A DNA stretch of 64,000 nucleotides from Shigella phage ESh26: the sequence record ON528736; one strand, written 5' to 3'. The notes beneath the pieces were generated by a model. That model was not told the origin of the DNA. It did not search any database and was given only the letters and a program-made list of their open reading frames with translations. This document shows positions 34,154 through 44,618 of the stretch, piece after piece. The number at the start of each line of letters is the position of its first letter. Position 1 is the stretch's first letter. The translations under genes and the position numbers were made by a program.

Positions 34154-37100
34154 ATGGCCGAGATTAAAAGAAAGTTCAGAGCAGAAGATGGTCTGGACGC
34201 AGGTGGCGATAAAATAATCAACGTAGCTTTAGCTGATCGTGCCGTAGGAACTGACGGTGTTAACGTTGATTACCTAATTCAAGAAAATACAGTTCAACAA
34301 TACGATCCAACTCGTGGATATTTAAAAGATTTTGTAATCATTTATGATAACCGCTTTTGGGCTGCTATAAATGATATTCCAAAACCGGCAGGAGCTTTTA
34401 ATAGCGGACGCTGGAGAGCATTACGTACCGATGCTAACTGGATTACAGTCTCATCTGGTTCATATCAATTAAAATCTGGTGAAGCTATTTCGGTTAACAC
34501 TGCAGCTGGTAATGATATTACATTTACTTTACCATCTACTCCAATTGATGGTGATACTATCGTTCTCCAAGATATTGGAGGAAAACCTGGAGTTAACCAA
34601 GTTTTAATTGTAGCTCCAGTGCAAAGTATTGTAAACTTCAGAGGCGAGCAAGTACGTTCAGTACTAATGACTCATCCAAAGTCACAGTTAGTTTTAATTT
34701 TTAGTAATCGTCTGTGGCAAATGTATGTAGCTGATTATAGTAGAGAAGCTGTAGTTGTAACACCAGCGAATACTTATCAAGCGCAATCTAATGATTTTAT
34801 CGTACGTAGATTTACTTCTGCTGCACCGATAAATATTAAACTTCCGAGATTTGCTAATCACGGCGATATTATTAATTTCGTCGATTTGGATAAATTAAAC
34901 CCTCTTTATCATACAATTGTTACGACATATGATGAAACGACATCAGTACAAGAAGATGGAACTCATTCCATTGAAGGCCGTACATCGATTGACGGTTTCT
35001 TGATGTTTGATGATAATGAGAAATTATGGAGATTGTTTGACGGGGACAGTAAAGCACGTTTACGTATCATAACGACTAATTCAAATATTCGTCCAAACGA
35101 AGAAGTTATGGTATTTGGTGCAAATAACGGAACAACTCAAACGATTGAGCTTCAGCTTCCAACTAATATTTCTGTTGGTGATACTGTTAAAATTTCCATG
35201 AATTACATGAGAAAAGGACAAACGGTTAAAATCAAAGCTGCCGGTGAAGATAAAATTGCTTCTTCAGTTCAATTGCTGCAATTCCCAAAACGTTCAGAAT
35301 ATCCACCTGAAGCTGAATGGGTGACTGTCCAAGAATTAGTTTTTAATGGCGAAACTAATTATGTTCCAGTTTTACAACTTGCTTATATAGAAGATTCTGA
35401 TGGAAAATACTGGGTTGTACAACAAAACGTTCCAACCGTAGAAAGAGTTGATTCTTTAAACGATTCTACTAGAGCAAGATTAGGCGTGATTGCTTTAGCT
35501 ACACAAGCGCAAGCTAATGTCGATTTAGAAAATTCTCCACAAAAAGAATTAGCAATTACTCCAGAAACATTAGCTAACCGTACTGCTACAGAAACTCGTA
35601 GAGGTATCGCGAGAATAGCAACTACTGCTCAAGTGAATCAGAACACCACATTCTCTTTTGCTGATGATATTATCATCACTCCTAAAAAGCTGAATGAAAG
35701 AACTGCTACAGAAACTCGTAGAGGTGTTGCTGAAATTGCTACGCAACAGGAAACTAATGCAGGTACTGATGATACTACAATCATCACTCCTAAAAAGCTT
35801 CAAGCTCGACAAGGTTCTGAATCATTATCTGGTATTGTAACCTTTGTATCTACCGCAGGAGCTACTCCAGCTTCTAGTCGTGAATTAAATGGTACAAACG
35901 TTTATAATAAAAACACTAATAATTTAGTTGTTTCGCCTAAAGCACTGGATCAGTATAAAGCTACTCCAACGCAACAAGGTGCAGTAATTTTAGCAGTTGA
36001 AAGTGAAGTAATTGCTGGACAGAGTCAAGAAGGATGGGCAAATGCGGTTGTAACGCCAGAAACGTTACATAAAAAGACATCAACTGATGGAAGAATTGGT
36101 TTAATTGAAATTGCTACGCAAAGTGAAGTTAATACAGGAACTGATTATACTCGTGCAGTCACTCCTAAAACTTTAAATGACCGTAAAGCAACTGAAAGTT
36201 TAAGTGGTATAGCTGAAATTGCTACACAAGTTGAATTCGACGCAGGCGTCGACGATACTCGTATCTCTACACCATTAAAAATTAAAACTAGATTTGATAG
36301 TACTGATCGTACTTCTGTTGTTGCTCTATCTGGATTAGTTGAATCAGGAACTCTCTGGGACCATTATACCCTTAATATTCTTGAAGCAAATGAGACACAG
36401 CGTGGTACACTTCGTGTAGCTACACAGGTTGAAGCTGCTGCAGGAACATTAGATAATGTTTTAATAACTCCTAAAAAGCTTTTAGGTACTAAATCTACCG
36501 AATCGCAGGAAGGTGTTATTAAAGTTGCAACTCAGTCTGAAACTGTAACTGGAGCGTCAGCAAATACTGCTGTATCTCCAAAAAATTTAAAATGGATTGT
36601 ACAGAGTGAACCTACTTGGGCAGCTACTACTGCGATAAGAGGCTTTGTTAAAACTTCATCTGGTTCAATTACATTCGTTGGTAATGATACAGCTGGTTCT
36701 ACGCAGGACTTAGAGCTATACGAGAAAAATAGCTATGCAGTATCACCATATGAATTAAACCGTGTATTAGCAAATTATTTGCCATTAAAAGCAAAAGCTG
36801 CTGATACAAATTTATTGGATGGTCTAGATTCATCTCAGTTCATTCGTAGGGATATTGCACAGACGGTTAATGGTTCACTAACCTTAACCCAACAAACGAA
36901 TCTGAGTGCCCCTCTTGTATCATCTAGTACTGCTACGTTTGGCGGATCAGTTTCGGCAAACAGCACATTAACTATTTCTAATACTGGAACGGCAACTCGT
37001 CTGATTTTTGAGAAAGGACCTCAAACTGGAACTAACCCAGTACAGACGATGACTATCAGAGTTTGGGGAAATCAGTTTGGTGGCGGTTCAGATACAACAC

Positions 37101-38023
37101 GTTCTACTGTATTTGAAGTTGGTGATGAAACGTCTAATCACTTTTATTCTCAACGTAATAAAGCTGGGAATATAACGTTTAGTATCAATGGTACTGTAAT
37201 GCCAATAAATGTTAATGCTTCGGGTTCTTTGAATGCGAACGGCGTTGCAACATTTGGTAGTTCAGTTACAGCCAATGGCGAATTCATCAGCAAGTCTGCA
37301 AATGCTTTCAGAGCAATAAATGGCGATTATGGATTCTTTATTCGCAATGATGCTGCTAACACCTATTTTATGCTTACTGCATCGGGTGATCAGACTGGTG
37401 GATTTAATGGATTACGTCCTTTAGCTATTAATAATGCATCTGGTCAAGTAACGATTGGTGAAAGCTTAATCATTGCCAAAGGTGCTACTATAAATTCAGG
37501 TGGTTTAACTGTTAACTCGAGAATTCGTTCTCAGGGCACTAAAACATCTGACTTATATACCCGTGCTCCAACGTCTGATACTGTAGGATTCTGGTCAATC
37601 GATATTAATGATTCAGCTACTTATAACCAGTTCCCAGGTTATTTTAAAATGGTTGAAAAAACTAATGAAGTGACTGGGCTTCCGTACTTAGAACGTGGCG
37701 AAGAAGTTAAATCTCCTGGTACATTGACTCAGTTTGGTAACACACTTGATTCGCTTTACCAAGATTGGATTACTTATCCAACGACTCCAGAAGCACGTAC
37801 CACTCGCTGGACACGTACATGGCAGAAAACCAAAAACTCTTGGTCGAGTTTTGTTCAGGTATTTGATGGAGGTAACCCTCCTCAGCCGTCTGATATCGGT
37901 GCTTTACCATCTGATAATGCTACAATGGGGAATCTTACTATTCGTGATTTCTTACGAATTGGTAATGTTCGCATTATTCCTGACCCAGTGAATAAAACGG
38001 TTAAATTTGAATGGGTTGAATAA
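34154..38023 (+). CDS. 34: Long tail fibre proximal subunit gp34
   Basis: 1289 aa as in T4 gp34; internal repeats ...TATETRRG.A.IAT... Confidence 0.95.
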   Translation: MAEIKRKFRAEDGLDAGGDKIINVALADRAVGTDGVNVDYLIQENTVQQYDPTRGYLKDFVIIYDNRFWAAINDIPKPAGAFNSGRWRALRTDANWITVSSGSYQLKSGEAISVNTAAGNDITFTLPSTPIDGDTIVLQDIGGKPGVNQVLIVAPVQSIVNFRGEQVRSVLMTHPKSQLVLIFSNRLWQMYVADYSREAVVVTPANTYQAQSNDFIVRRFTSAAPINIKLPRFANHGDIINFVDLDKLNPLYHTIVTTYDETTSVQEDGTHSIEGRTSIDGFLMFDDNEKLWRLFDGDSKARLRIITTNSNIRPNEEVMVFGANNGTTQTIELQLPTNISVGDTVKISMNYMRKGQTVKIKAAGEDKIASSVQLLQFPKRSEYPPEAEWVTVQELVFNGETNYVPVLQLAYIEDSDGKYWVVQQNVPTVERVDSLNDSTRARLGVIALATQAQANVDLENSPQKELAITPETLANRTATETRRGIARIATTAQVNQNTTFSFADDIIITPKKLNERTATETRRGVAEIATQQETNAGTDDTTIITPKKLQARQGSESLSGIVTFVSTAGATPASSRELNGTNVYNKNTNNLVVSPKALDQYKATPTQQGAVILAVESEVIAGQSQEGWANAVVTPETLHKKTSTDGRIGLIEIATQSEVNTGTDYTRAVTPKTLNDRKATESLSGIAEIATQVEFDAGVDDTRISTPLKIKTRFDSTDRTSVVALSGLVESGTLWDHYTLNILEANETQRGTLRVATQVEAAAGTLDNVLITPKKLLGTKSTESQEGVIKVATQSETVTGASANTAVSPKNLKWIVQSEPTWAATTAIRGFVKTSSGSITFVGNDTAGSTQDLELYEKNSYAVSPYELNRVLANYLPLKAKAADTNLLDGLDSSQFIRRDIAQTVNGSLTLTQQTNLSAPLVSSSTATFGGSVSANSTLTISNTGTATRLIFEKGPQTGTNPVQTMTIRVWGNQFGGGSDTTRSTVFEVGDETSNHFYSQRNKAGNITFSINGTVMPINVNASGSLNANGVATFGSSVTANGEFISKSANAFRAINGDYGFFIRNDAANTYFMLTASGDQTGGFNGLRPLAINNASGQVTIGESLIIAKGATINSGGLTVNSRIRSQGTKTSDLYTRAPTSDTVGFWSIDINDSATYNQFPGYFKMVEKTNEVTGLPYLERGEEVKSPGTLTQFGNTLDSLYQDWITYPTTPEARTTRWTRTWQKTKNSWSSFVQVFDGGNPPQPSDIGALPSDNATMGNLTIRDFLRIGNVRIIPDPVNKTVKFEWVE

Positions 38024-38031
38024 GAGGTATT

Positions 38032-39147
38032 ATGGAAAAATTTATGGCAGAGTTTGGACAAGGATATGTCCAAACGCCATTTTTATCGGAAAGTAATTCA
38101 GTAAGATATAAAATAAGTATAGCGGGTTCTTGCCCGCTTTCTACGGCAGGACCATACGTTAAATTTCAGGATAATCCTGTTGGAAGTCAAACATTTAGCG
38201 CAGGACTTCATCTAAGAGTTTTTGACCCTTCCACCGGAGCATTAGTTGATAGTAAGTCATATGCTTTTTCTACTTCAAATGATACTACATCGGCTGCTTT
38301 TGTTAGTTTCATGAATTCTTTGACGAATAACAGACTTGTTGCTATATTAACTAGCGGAAAGGTTAATTTTCCTCCTGAAGTAGTATCTTGGTTAAGAACC
38401 GCAGGAACGTCTGCTTTTCCATCTGATTCTTTGCTGTCAAGATTTGACGTATCATATGCTGCTTTTTACACTTCTTCTAAAAGAGCTATTGCATTAGAAC
38501 ACGTTAAACTAAGTAATAGAAAAAGCACAGATGATTATCAAACTATTTTAGATGTTGTATTTGACAGTTTAGAAGACGTTGGAGCTACCGGGTTTCCAAG
38601 AAGAACATATGAAAGCGTTGAGCAATTTATGTCGGCAGTTGGCGGAACTAATAACGAAATTGCACGTCTACCAACTTCAGCTGCGATAAGTAAATTATCT
38701 GACTATAATTTAATCCCTGGTGATGTTCTTTATCTTAAAGCACAGTTATATGCTGATGCCGATTTACTTGCGCTTGGAACTACAAATATATCTATCCGTT
38801 TTTATAATGCATCGAATGGATATATTTCCTCGACACAAGCTGAGTTTACCGGGCAAGCTGGGTCTTGGGAATTAAAGGAAGATTATGTGGTTGTTCCAGA
38901 AAACGCTGTCGGATTTACGATATATGCACAAAGAACAGCACAAGCTGGCCAAGGTGGCATGAGAAGTTTAAGCTTTTCTGAAGTGTCAAGAAATGGAGGT
39001 ATTTCGAAACCCGCTGAATTTGGCGTCAATGGCATTCGTGTTAATTATATCTGTGAATCTGCTTCACCTCCGGATATAATGGTACTTCCTACACAAGCAT
39101 CGTCTAAAACTGGTAAAGTGTTTGGGCAAGAATTTAGAGAAGTATAA
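38032..39147 (+). CDS. 35: Long tail fibre hinge protein gp35
   Basis: 371 aa (T4 gp35 about 372 aa); synteny. Confidence 0.9.
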   Translation: MEKFMAEFGQGYVQTPFLSESNSVRYKISIAGSCPLSTAGPYVKFQDNPVGSQTFSAGLHLRVFDPSTGALVDSKSYAFSTSNDTTSAAFVSFMNSLTNNRLVAILTSGKVNFPPEVVSWLRTAGTSAFPSDSLLSRFDVSYAAFYTSSKRAIALEHVKLSNRKSTDDYQTILDVVFDSLEDVGATGFPRRTYESVEQFMSAVGGTNNEIARLPTSAAISKLSDYNLIPGDVLYLKAQLYADADLLALGTTNISIRFYNASNGYISSTQAEFTGQAGSWELKEDYVVVPENAVGFTIYAQRTAQAGQGGMRSLSFSEVSRNGGISKPAEFGVNGIRVNYICESASPPDIMVLPTQASSKTGKVFGQEFREV

Positions 39148-39152
39148 ATTGA

Positions 39153-39178
39153 GGGAGCCTTCGGGTTCCCTTTTTCTT
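39153..39178 (+). terminator. Rho-independent terminator after gene 35 (UUCG tetraloop hairpin plus T-run)
   Basis: gggagcc-ttcg-ggttccc followed by tttttcttt. Confidence 0.6.
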
Positions 39179-39186
39179 TATAAATA
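39179..39186 (+). promoter_or_regulatory. Late promoter TATAAATA for gene 36
   Basis: Exact TATAAATA 24 bp upstream of the gene 36 ATG. Confidence 0.6.
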
Positions 39187-39209
39187 CTATTAAAATAAAG
39201 GGGCATACA

Positions 39210-39875
39210 ATGGCTGATTTAAAAGTAGGTTCAACAACTGGAGGCTCTGTCATTTGGCATCAAGGAAATTTTCCATTGAATCCGGCCGGTGACGATGTAC
39301 TCTATAAATCATTTAAAATATATTCAGAATATAATAAACCACAAGCTGTTGATAACGATTTCGTTTCTAAAGCTAATGGTGGTACTTTTGCGTCAAAGGT
39401 AACATTTAATGCTGGTGTTCAAGTACCATATGCTGTAAACAATACAAACCCGTGCGGTATTTATCCAGGTAATGGCGATGCAGCTACTTTTGCTACAGCA
39501 AATATTGATATTGTTTCATGGTATGGTATTGGTTTTAAATCATCACAGGGTTCAGCAGCCCGAACTGTGGTAATTAACACACGTAATGGTGATATTAGTA
39601 CAAAAGGTGTTGTGTCGGCAGCTGGTCAAGTAAGAAGTGATGCTACTGCTCCTATAGCAGCAAATGACCTTACTAGAAAGGACTATGTTGATGGAGCAAT
39701 AAATACTGTTACGGCAAATGCAAACTCTAGAGTGTTACGATCTGGTGACACTATGACAGGAAACTTAACCGCACCAAACTTTTTCTCGCAGAATCCTGCG
39801 TCTCAACCTTCACACGTTCCGCGATTTGACCAAATCGTAATTAAGGATTCTGTTCAAGATTTCGGCTATTATTAA
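39210..39875 (+). CDS. 36: Long tail fibre distal-proximal connector gp36
   Basis: 221 aa as in T4 gp36. Confidence 0.9.
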   Translation: MADLKVGSTTGGSVIWHQGNFPLNPAGDDVLYKSFKIYSEYNKPQAVDNDFVSKANGGTFASKVTFNAGVQVPYAVNNTNPCGIYPGNGDAATFATANIDIVSWYGIGFKSSQGSAARTVVINTRNGDISTKGVVSAAGQVRSDATAPIAANDLTRKDYVDGAINTVTANANSRVLRSGDTMTGNLTAPNFFSQNPASQPSHVPRFDQIVIKDSVQDFGYY

Positions 39876-39883
39876 GAGGACTT

Positions 39884-42800
39884 ATGGCTACTTTAAAACA
39901 AATACAATTTAAAAGAAGCAAAATCGCAGGTGCACGTCCTGCTGCTTCAGTATTAGCCGAAGGTGAATTGGCTATAAACTTAAAAGATAGAACAATTTTT
40001 ACTAAAGATGATTCAGGAAATATCATTGATTTAAGCATTTCCGCTGGCGGTAATATCAGTGGAAATATCACTCAAACTGGAGATTATTTACAGAACGGTA
40101 CATATAATCTCAATGGAAATCAGTTTGTTTATGCAGGAAAATATATTGAATTTTTACCTAAAACAGCTGGTAATGGTGCATGGGCAAATCAACACCTAAA
40201 TAAAGCTCCTATCTTTACAGATTTGAGCTCAACTACTTCCGTTTCAGAATATCATCCGCTGATTAAACAACGCTATAAAGATGGAACTTTTTCTGTTGGT
40301 ACGTTAGTAAACGAAGGAAGTTTTAAAATTCATTATATCAACGAATCGGGAACTTCAAAATACTGGACATTTCGTAGAGATGGCGGATTTGTTGTTGATA
40401 CAGGAAGTTTGACAGTAACAGATGGAAATATTTCTGCTTCTGGTAATATTAATTCGGCTACTGGGGTAGTTTCTGCTCCGCAAATCAATACAAAGACTAT
40501 AGTATTTGACACAAAAGCATTTGGACAATACGATTCACAATCATTAGTTCAATATGTTTACCCTGGAACTGGTGAAACAAACGGAATCAATTACCTTCGC
40601 AAATTCCGTGCAAAATCTGGTGGTACAATTTATCATGAATTAGCTTCTGCACAAACCGGAAAAAGTGATGAACTTTCTTGGTGGACTGGTAATACAGCGG
40701 TTAATAAACAAATGGGCCTTCGCAATGATGGTTCTTTAGTATTACGACGTTCACTTGCAATTGGTACAATTACAACAGATGAAAACATCAATAACTACGG
40801 CTCCACTGGAGCAATGGGTGAATGCTATATAGTAATTGGAGACGCCGCAACAGGTGTATCATATAAAAGATCTGGTGTATACGATTTAGTTGCTAACGGT
40901 CTTTCTATAGCATCTATTACTCCTGACAGTTTCCGTAGTACTCGTAAAGCGTTATTTGGGCGTTCAGAAGACCAAGGCGGAACGTGGATTATGCCTGGAA
41001 CGAATGCTGCATTTTTATCAGTTCAAACACAGGCTGATGAAAACGCTGCTGGAGACGGCCAGACACATATTGGCTATAACTCAGGCGGAAAAATGAACCA
41101 CTATTTCCGTGGTAAAGGCAAAACTAATATTAATACTCAAGAAGGCATGGAAGTTAACCCGGGTATTCTTAAAATAGTAACCGGTGCAAATAATGTAATG
41201 TTTTATGCTGATGGCGGTATTACATCCACTAAGCAGCTTTCAATATATAATGGTGTATATTTAGCAGCTAATAATTCTACTGCTGGGCTAACATTCGCTC
41301 CAACTACTACAATTGATGGCACTAAGCAAATTTTGTGGGAAGGCGGTACTCGTGCTGGACAGAATAAAAGCTATGTAACTGTTAAAGCGTGGGGTAATTC
41401 ATTTAACGCATCTGGCGATCGTAATCGTGAAACGGTTTTTGAAGTAGCTGACGGACAAGGTTATTATTTTTATGCGCAGCGTGTAGCTCCTGCATCAGGT
41501 TCAACAACTGGAGTAATTCAATTTAGAATTGCTGGAGCATTATTAACCGGTGGGGGTATTACATCATCAGGTTCTATTGTTACTGAGTCAAGTTTAGTTG
41601 CAAATAATGGATTGTCTGTAAATGGACAAGCTAAATTTGGTGGAACAGCAGATGCATTAAGAATTTGGAATGCTGAATACGGTGCTATTTTCCGCCGTTC
41701 GGAAACTAACTTTTATATTATTCCAACTTTACAAAATGCCGGAGAATCGGGCGGTATAAGTAATTTACGCCCATTTACCATCAATCTCGCAAATGGTAGT
41801 GTTATGATGGGCAATCATACACAAGCCGGAAAAAATTTGCTTACTATTGATAACGTATCAAAATTCGTTCAAACCGATGTTAGACTTCGAGTTAATATGG
41901 ATTCTGACGCTATTGTGGTAAATGCTTCTTCTCAAGCAGCGTCTAACTTTATCCAAGGACGTAAGGCTGATGTTACAAAATGGTATTTAGGTATTGGCGA
42001 TGGCGGAAACGTCGTTCGTATGCATAATTACACCTACTCTCACGGTATTGCATTAAACTCTGATACTGTCGATATTACTAAACCTCTTAAAATTAATGAT
42101 ATTCGAATTGGTACAGATGGTAACATCACAGGTGGTACTGGTAATTTTGCCAACTTAAATACAACGTTAAATCGTAAAACCAGCGTGGGCGGTTGGGCTG
42201 GTAGTTCTGTTGACGGATGGTATAAATTTGCTACGGTAACAATTCCTCAGGGTACTGGTACAGTGACTTTTAAGATTTCCGGCGGCGCTGGTTTTAATTT
42301 TAAAAGCTATGGCCAAGCTTCTGTTGCAGAAATAGTTCTTCGCACAGGTAATAATAATCCTAAAGGCATAAACGCTGTACTGTGGAATAGGTCAGACCTG
42401 AGTTTTAATCAGATAGCTACTATGAATACATCTGGCGATACTTATGATGTATACGTGTTCTGTGCCGGTTATACAAATGCATTAGTGGTTGAATATTCCT
42501 GTAGTGAAAACTCTTCAGTAACCGTAGTCGGTCTTAACGGAGGCATTCAGCCAGTTGTTGATGCATTGCCTGAGGGACATGTTGTAGGTAAAACAGTTCG
42601 TCTGTTAAATAATATTGGCGGAACTTTCGCAGCTGGAGAATCTAACATTGTTACTCGCGGTGAATACGTTACTGATAATCAAAAAGGCATGCGTATTAAA
42701 TCTAACGGTAATAATATCGGTTCTAACGCAGCTTTAATTAGAAATGATGGCGGAAGTTTTTATATTTTAGCTACAGATAAAAATACGGAAGAAAAACCCG

Positions 42801-43762
42801 ATGCAGCTAATGGTGATTGGAATGGCTTAAGACCTTTCTCTATTAATATGACTGATGGCCGCGTTGGTATGAACCATGGGTTGAATATTACTGGTGGTGG
42901 ATTAAACGTTACTGGCGGTAATACTAACTTAGGTAATATTAGCTCAAGACTAGTTTCATACGCCCGCGCAGCATCTGGATGGGGAGATACCTCAGATGCC
43001 ATGAAATCTAAAATCACCTTTATGGCAGATCATGGTGATTTATCTAATTCAGGTAGTTATTATCCTATTGTCGGTGCATGGAGTAACTATGGTTCAGCGG
43101 GTTATCGTCAAACCTTTGAGTTCGGATGGGTCGGTTCCGGCACTACAGCGGGTTGGCGCGATGGTATTATTCGTATTCGCGGAGATAATGCTAATGGCCA
43201 GCAAGCAAGATGGCGCTTTACAATGGACGGTACTTTAGATTGCCCTGGTAAAGTACTGCTACCACAAACAGGTGCCTTTGGTGTCAATACATCAAATGGT
43301 CTAGGTGGAAATAGTATAACATTTGGTGATAGCGATACTGGTATTAAGCAAAATGGTGATGGATTATTAGACATATATGCGAACAGCGTACAAGTATTCC
43401 GTTTCCAAAACGGTGATTTGTACTCATACAAAAATATAAATGCTCCAAACGTTTATATTCGTTCTGATATTCGTTTAAAATCCAACTTCAAACCTATCGA
43501 AAATGCGCTTGATAAAGTTGAAAAACTTAACGGTGTCATTTACGATAAAGCTGAATACATCGGTGGAGAGGCAATTGAAACTGAAGCGGGTATTGTGGCT
43601 CAAACGTTGCAAGACGTTTTACCAGAAGCTGTCCGTGAAACAGAAGACAGCAAGGGTAATAAAATACTCACTGTTTCTTCTCAAGCCCAGATTGCTCTTC
43701 TAGTTGAAGCTGTGAAAACACTTTCTTCTCGTGTAAAAGAACTTGAATCTAAACTTATGTAA
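39884..43762 (+). CDS. 37: Long tail fibre distal subunit gp37 (T2-type) with C-terminal intramolecular-chaperone-like domain
   Basis: 1292 aa; C-terminal about 100 aa begins with SDIRLKSN (S74-like motif) and ends in a coiled-coil-like segment. Confidence 0.9.
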   Translation: MATLKQIQFKRSKIAGARPAASVLAEGELAINLKDRTIFTKDDSGNIIDLSISAGGNISGNITQTGDYLQNGTYNLNGNQFVYAGKYIEFLPKTAGNGAWANQHLNKAPIFTDLSSTTSVSEYHPLIKQRYKDGTFSVGTLVNEGSFKIHYINESGTSKYWTFRRDGGFVVDTGSLTVTDGNISASGNINSATGVVSAPQINTKTIVFDTKAFGQYDSQSLVQYVYPGTGETNGINYLRKFRAKSGGTIYHELASAQTGKSDELSWWTGNTAVNKQMGLRNDGSLVLRRSLAIGTITTDENINNYGSTGAMGECYIVIGDAATGVSYKRSGVYDLVANGLSIASITPDSFRSTRKALFGRSEDQGGTWIMPGTNAAFLSVQTQADENAAGDGQTHIGYNSGGKMNHYFRGKGKTNINTQEGMEVNPGILKIVTGANNVMFYADGGITSTKQLSIYNGVYLAANNSTAGLTFAPTTTIDGTKQILWEGGTRAGQNKSYVTVKAWGNSFNASGDRNRETVFEVADGQGYYFYAQRVAPASGSTTGVIQFRIAGALLTGGGITSSGSIVTESSLVANNGLSVNGQAKFGGTADALRIWNAEYGAIFRRSETNFYIIPTLQNAGESGGISNLRPFTINLANGSVMMGNHTQAGKNLLTIDNVSKFVQTDVRLRVNMDSDAIVVNASSQAASNFIQGRKADVTKWYLGIGDGGNVVRMHNYTYSHGIALNSDTVDITKPLKINDIRIGTDGNITGGTGNFANLNTTLNRKTSVGGWAGSSVDGWYKFATVTIPQGTGTVTFKISGGAGFNFKSYGQASVAEIVLRTGNNNPKGINAVLWNRSDLSFNQIATMNTSGDTYDVYVFCAGYTNALVVEYSCSENSSVTVVGLNGGIQPVVDALPEGHVVGKTVRLLNNIGGTFAAGESNIVTRGEYVTDNQKGMRIKSNGNNIGSNAALIRNDGGSFYILATDKNTEEKPDAANGDWNGLRPFSINMTDGRVGMNHGLNITGGGLNVTGGNTNLGNISSRLVSYARAASGWGDTSDAMKSKITFMADHGDLSNSGSYYPIVGAWSNYGSAGYRQTFEFGWVGSGTTAGWRDGIIRIRGDNANGQQARWRFTMDGTLDCPGKVLLPQTGAFGVNTSNGLGGNSITFGDSDTGIKQNGDGLLDIYANSVQVFRFQNGDLYSYKNINAPNVYIRSDIRLKSNFKPIENALDKVEKLNGVIYDKAEYIGGEAIETEAGIVAQTLQDVLPEAVRETEDSKGNKILTVSSQAQIALLVEAVKTLSSRVKELESKLM

Positions 43763-43792
43763 AAGAGGGCTTCGGCCCTCTAAGGATTTTTA

Positions 43793-44587
43793 ATGGCAAT
43801 TGTAGGTGTTCCTGGCTGGATTGGTGAATCTGCCGTGAATGAAACTGGACAACGTTGGATGGATGCTGCGATGAGAGCAGTTCGTGTTTCAGTTCCTGGT
43901 TGGATGAGCTCAATGGCCGGACAATCTAAAGAAGTATATTACAGCATTGGTGCTAGCAATTCTTATAATAAAGACACACTAATAAATTATCTCAAATCTC
44001 AAGGTAGTACTCCTGTTGTTGTTACTATTACTGGTAACTTAGTTTCTTCATCTGCCGGGCAACCTTGCTTAGATTTTCCTAGTTCATTAACTAATGCTTA
44101 TGTAACGCTTATTATAAATGGCGGTGTAACAGTATATGGTCGCGGAGGACGCGGCGCGCAAGCGGGAAACCAGGCGGGTGAAGCTGGTGGTACTGCAATT
44201 AACAATGGTATAGGTACTCGTCTACGAATCACTAACAATGGAGCGATTGCTGGCGGCGGTGGCGGCGGTGGCGCCCAATCAACTGATAATGGATGGGGAG
44301 GTAAATATGTTTCTGGCGGCGGCGGCGGACGTCCTTTCGGAGCTGGTGGTAATAATGGAGCAAAAGCTCCGGGTGCATCAGCATCTTTAACATCTCCAGG
44401 CGCAGGCGGAAAAATGTATTCCGGCGTTGGATACTACGGTGGTGACGGTGGTAATGTTGGTGAACGAGGTAAGGATGCGGTTAGATTGAACGGCTATTCG
44501 AACTCACCTGGCGCAGCAGGTAAAGCTGTTACTGGTAATGCTCCAACTTGGACTAAAGTTGGTACAATATATGGTGCAAGAGTATAA
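43793..44587 (+). CDS. 38: Tail fibre tip adhesin gp38 (T2-type, glycine-rich motifs)
   Basis: 264 aa; N-terminus MAIVGVPGWIGESAVNETGQRWM; poly-Gly runs separated by variable segments. Confidence 0.85.
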   Translation: MAIVGVPGWIGESAVNETGQRWMDAAMRAVRVSVPGWMSSMAGQSKEVYYSIGASNSYNKDTLINYLKSQGSTPVVVTITGNLVSSSAGQPCLDFPSSLTNAYVTLIINGGVTVYGRGGRGAQAGNQAGEAGGTAINNGIGTRLRITNNGAIAGGGGGGGAQSTDNGWGGKYVSGGGGGRPFGAGGNNGAKAPGASASLTSPGAGGKMYSGVGYYGGDGGNVGERGKDAVRLNGYSNSPGAAGKAVTGNAPTWTKVGTIYGARV

Positions 44588-44618
44588 TTTTGAATAAATA
44601 TCCTTAAAAGGAGGGTCT

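Noticed and set aside
44250-44340. GGC/GGT-rich simple repeats that might be mistaken for a CRISPR array or other repeat array
   Set aside because: They lie within gene 38 and encode the poly-glycine motifs of the adhesin; no spacer-repeat periodicity
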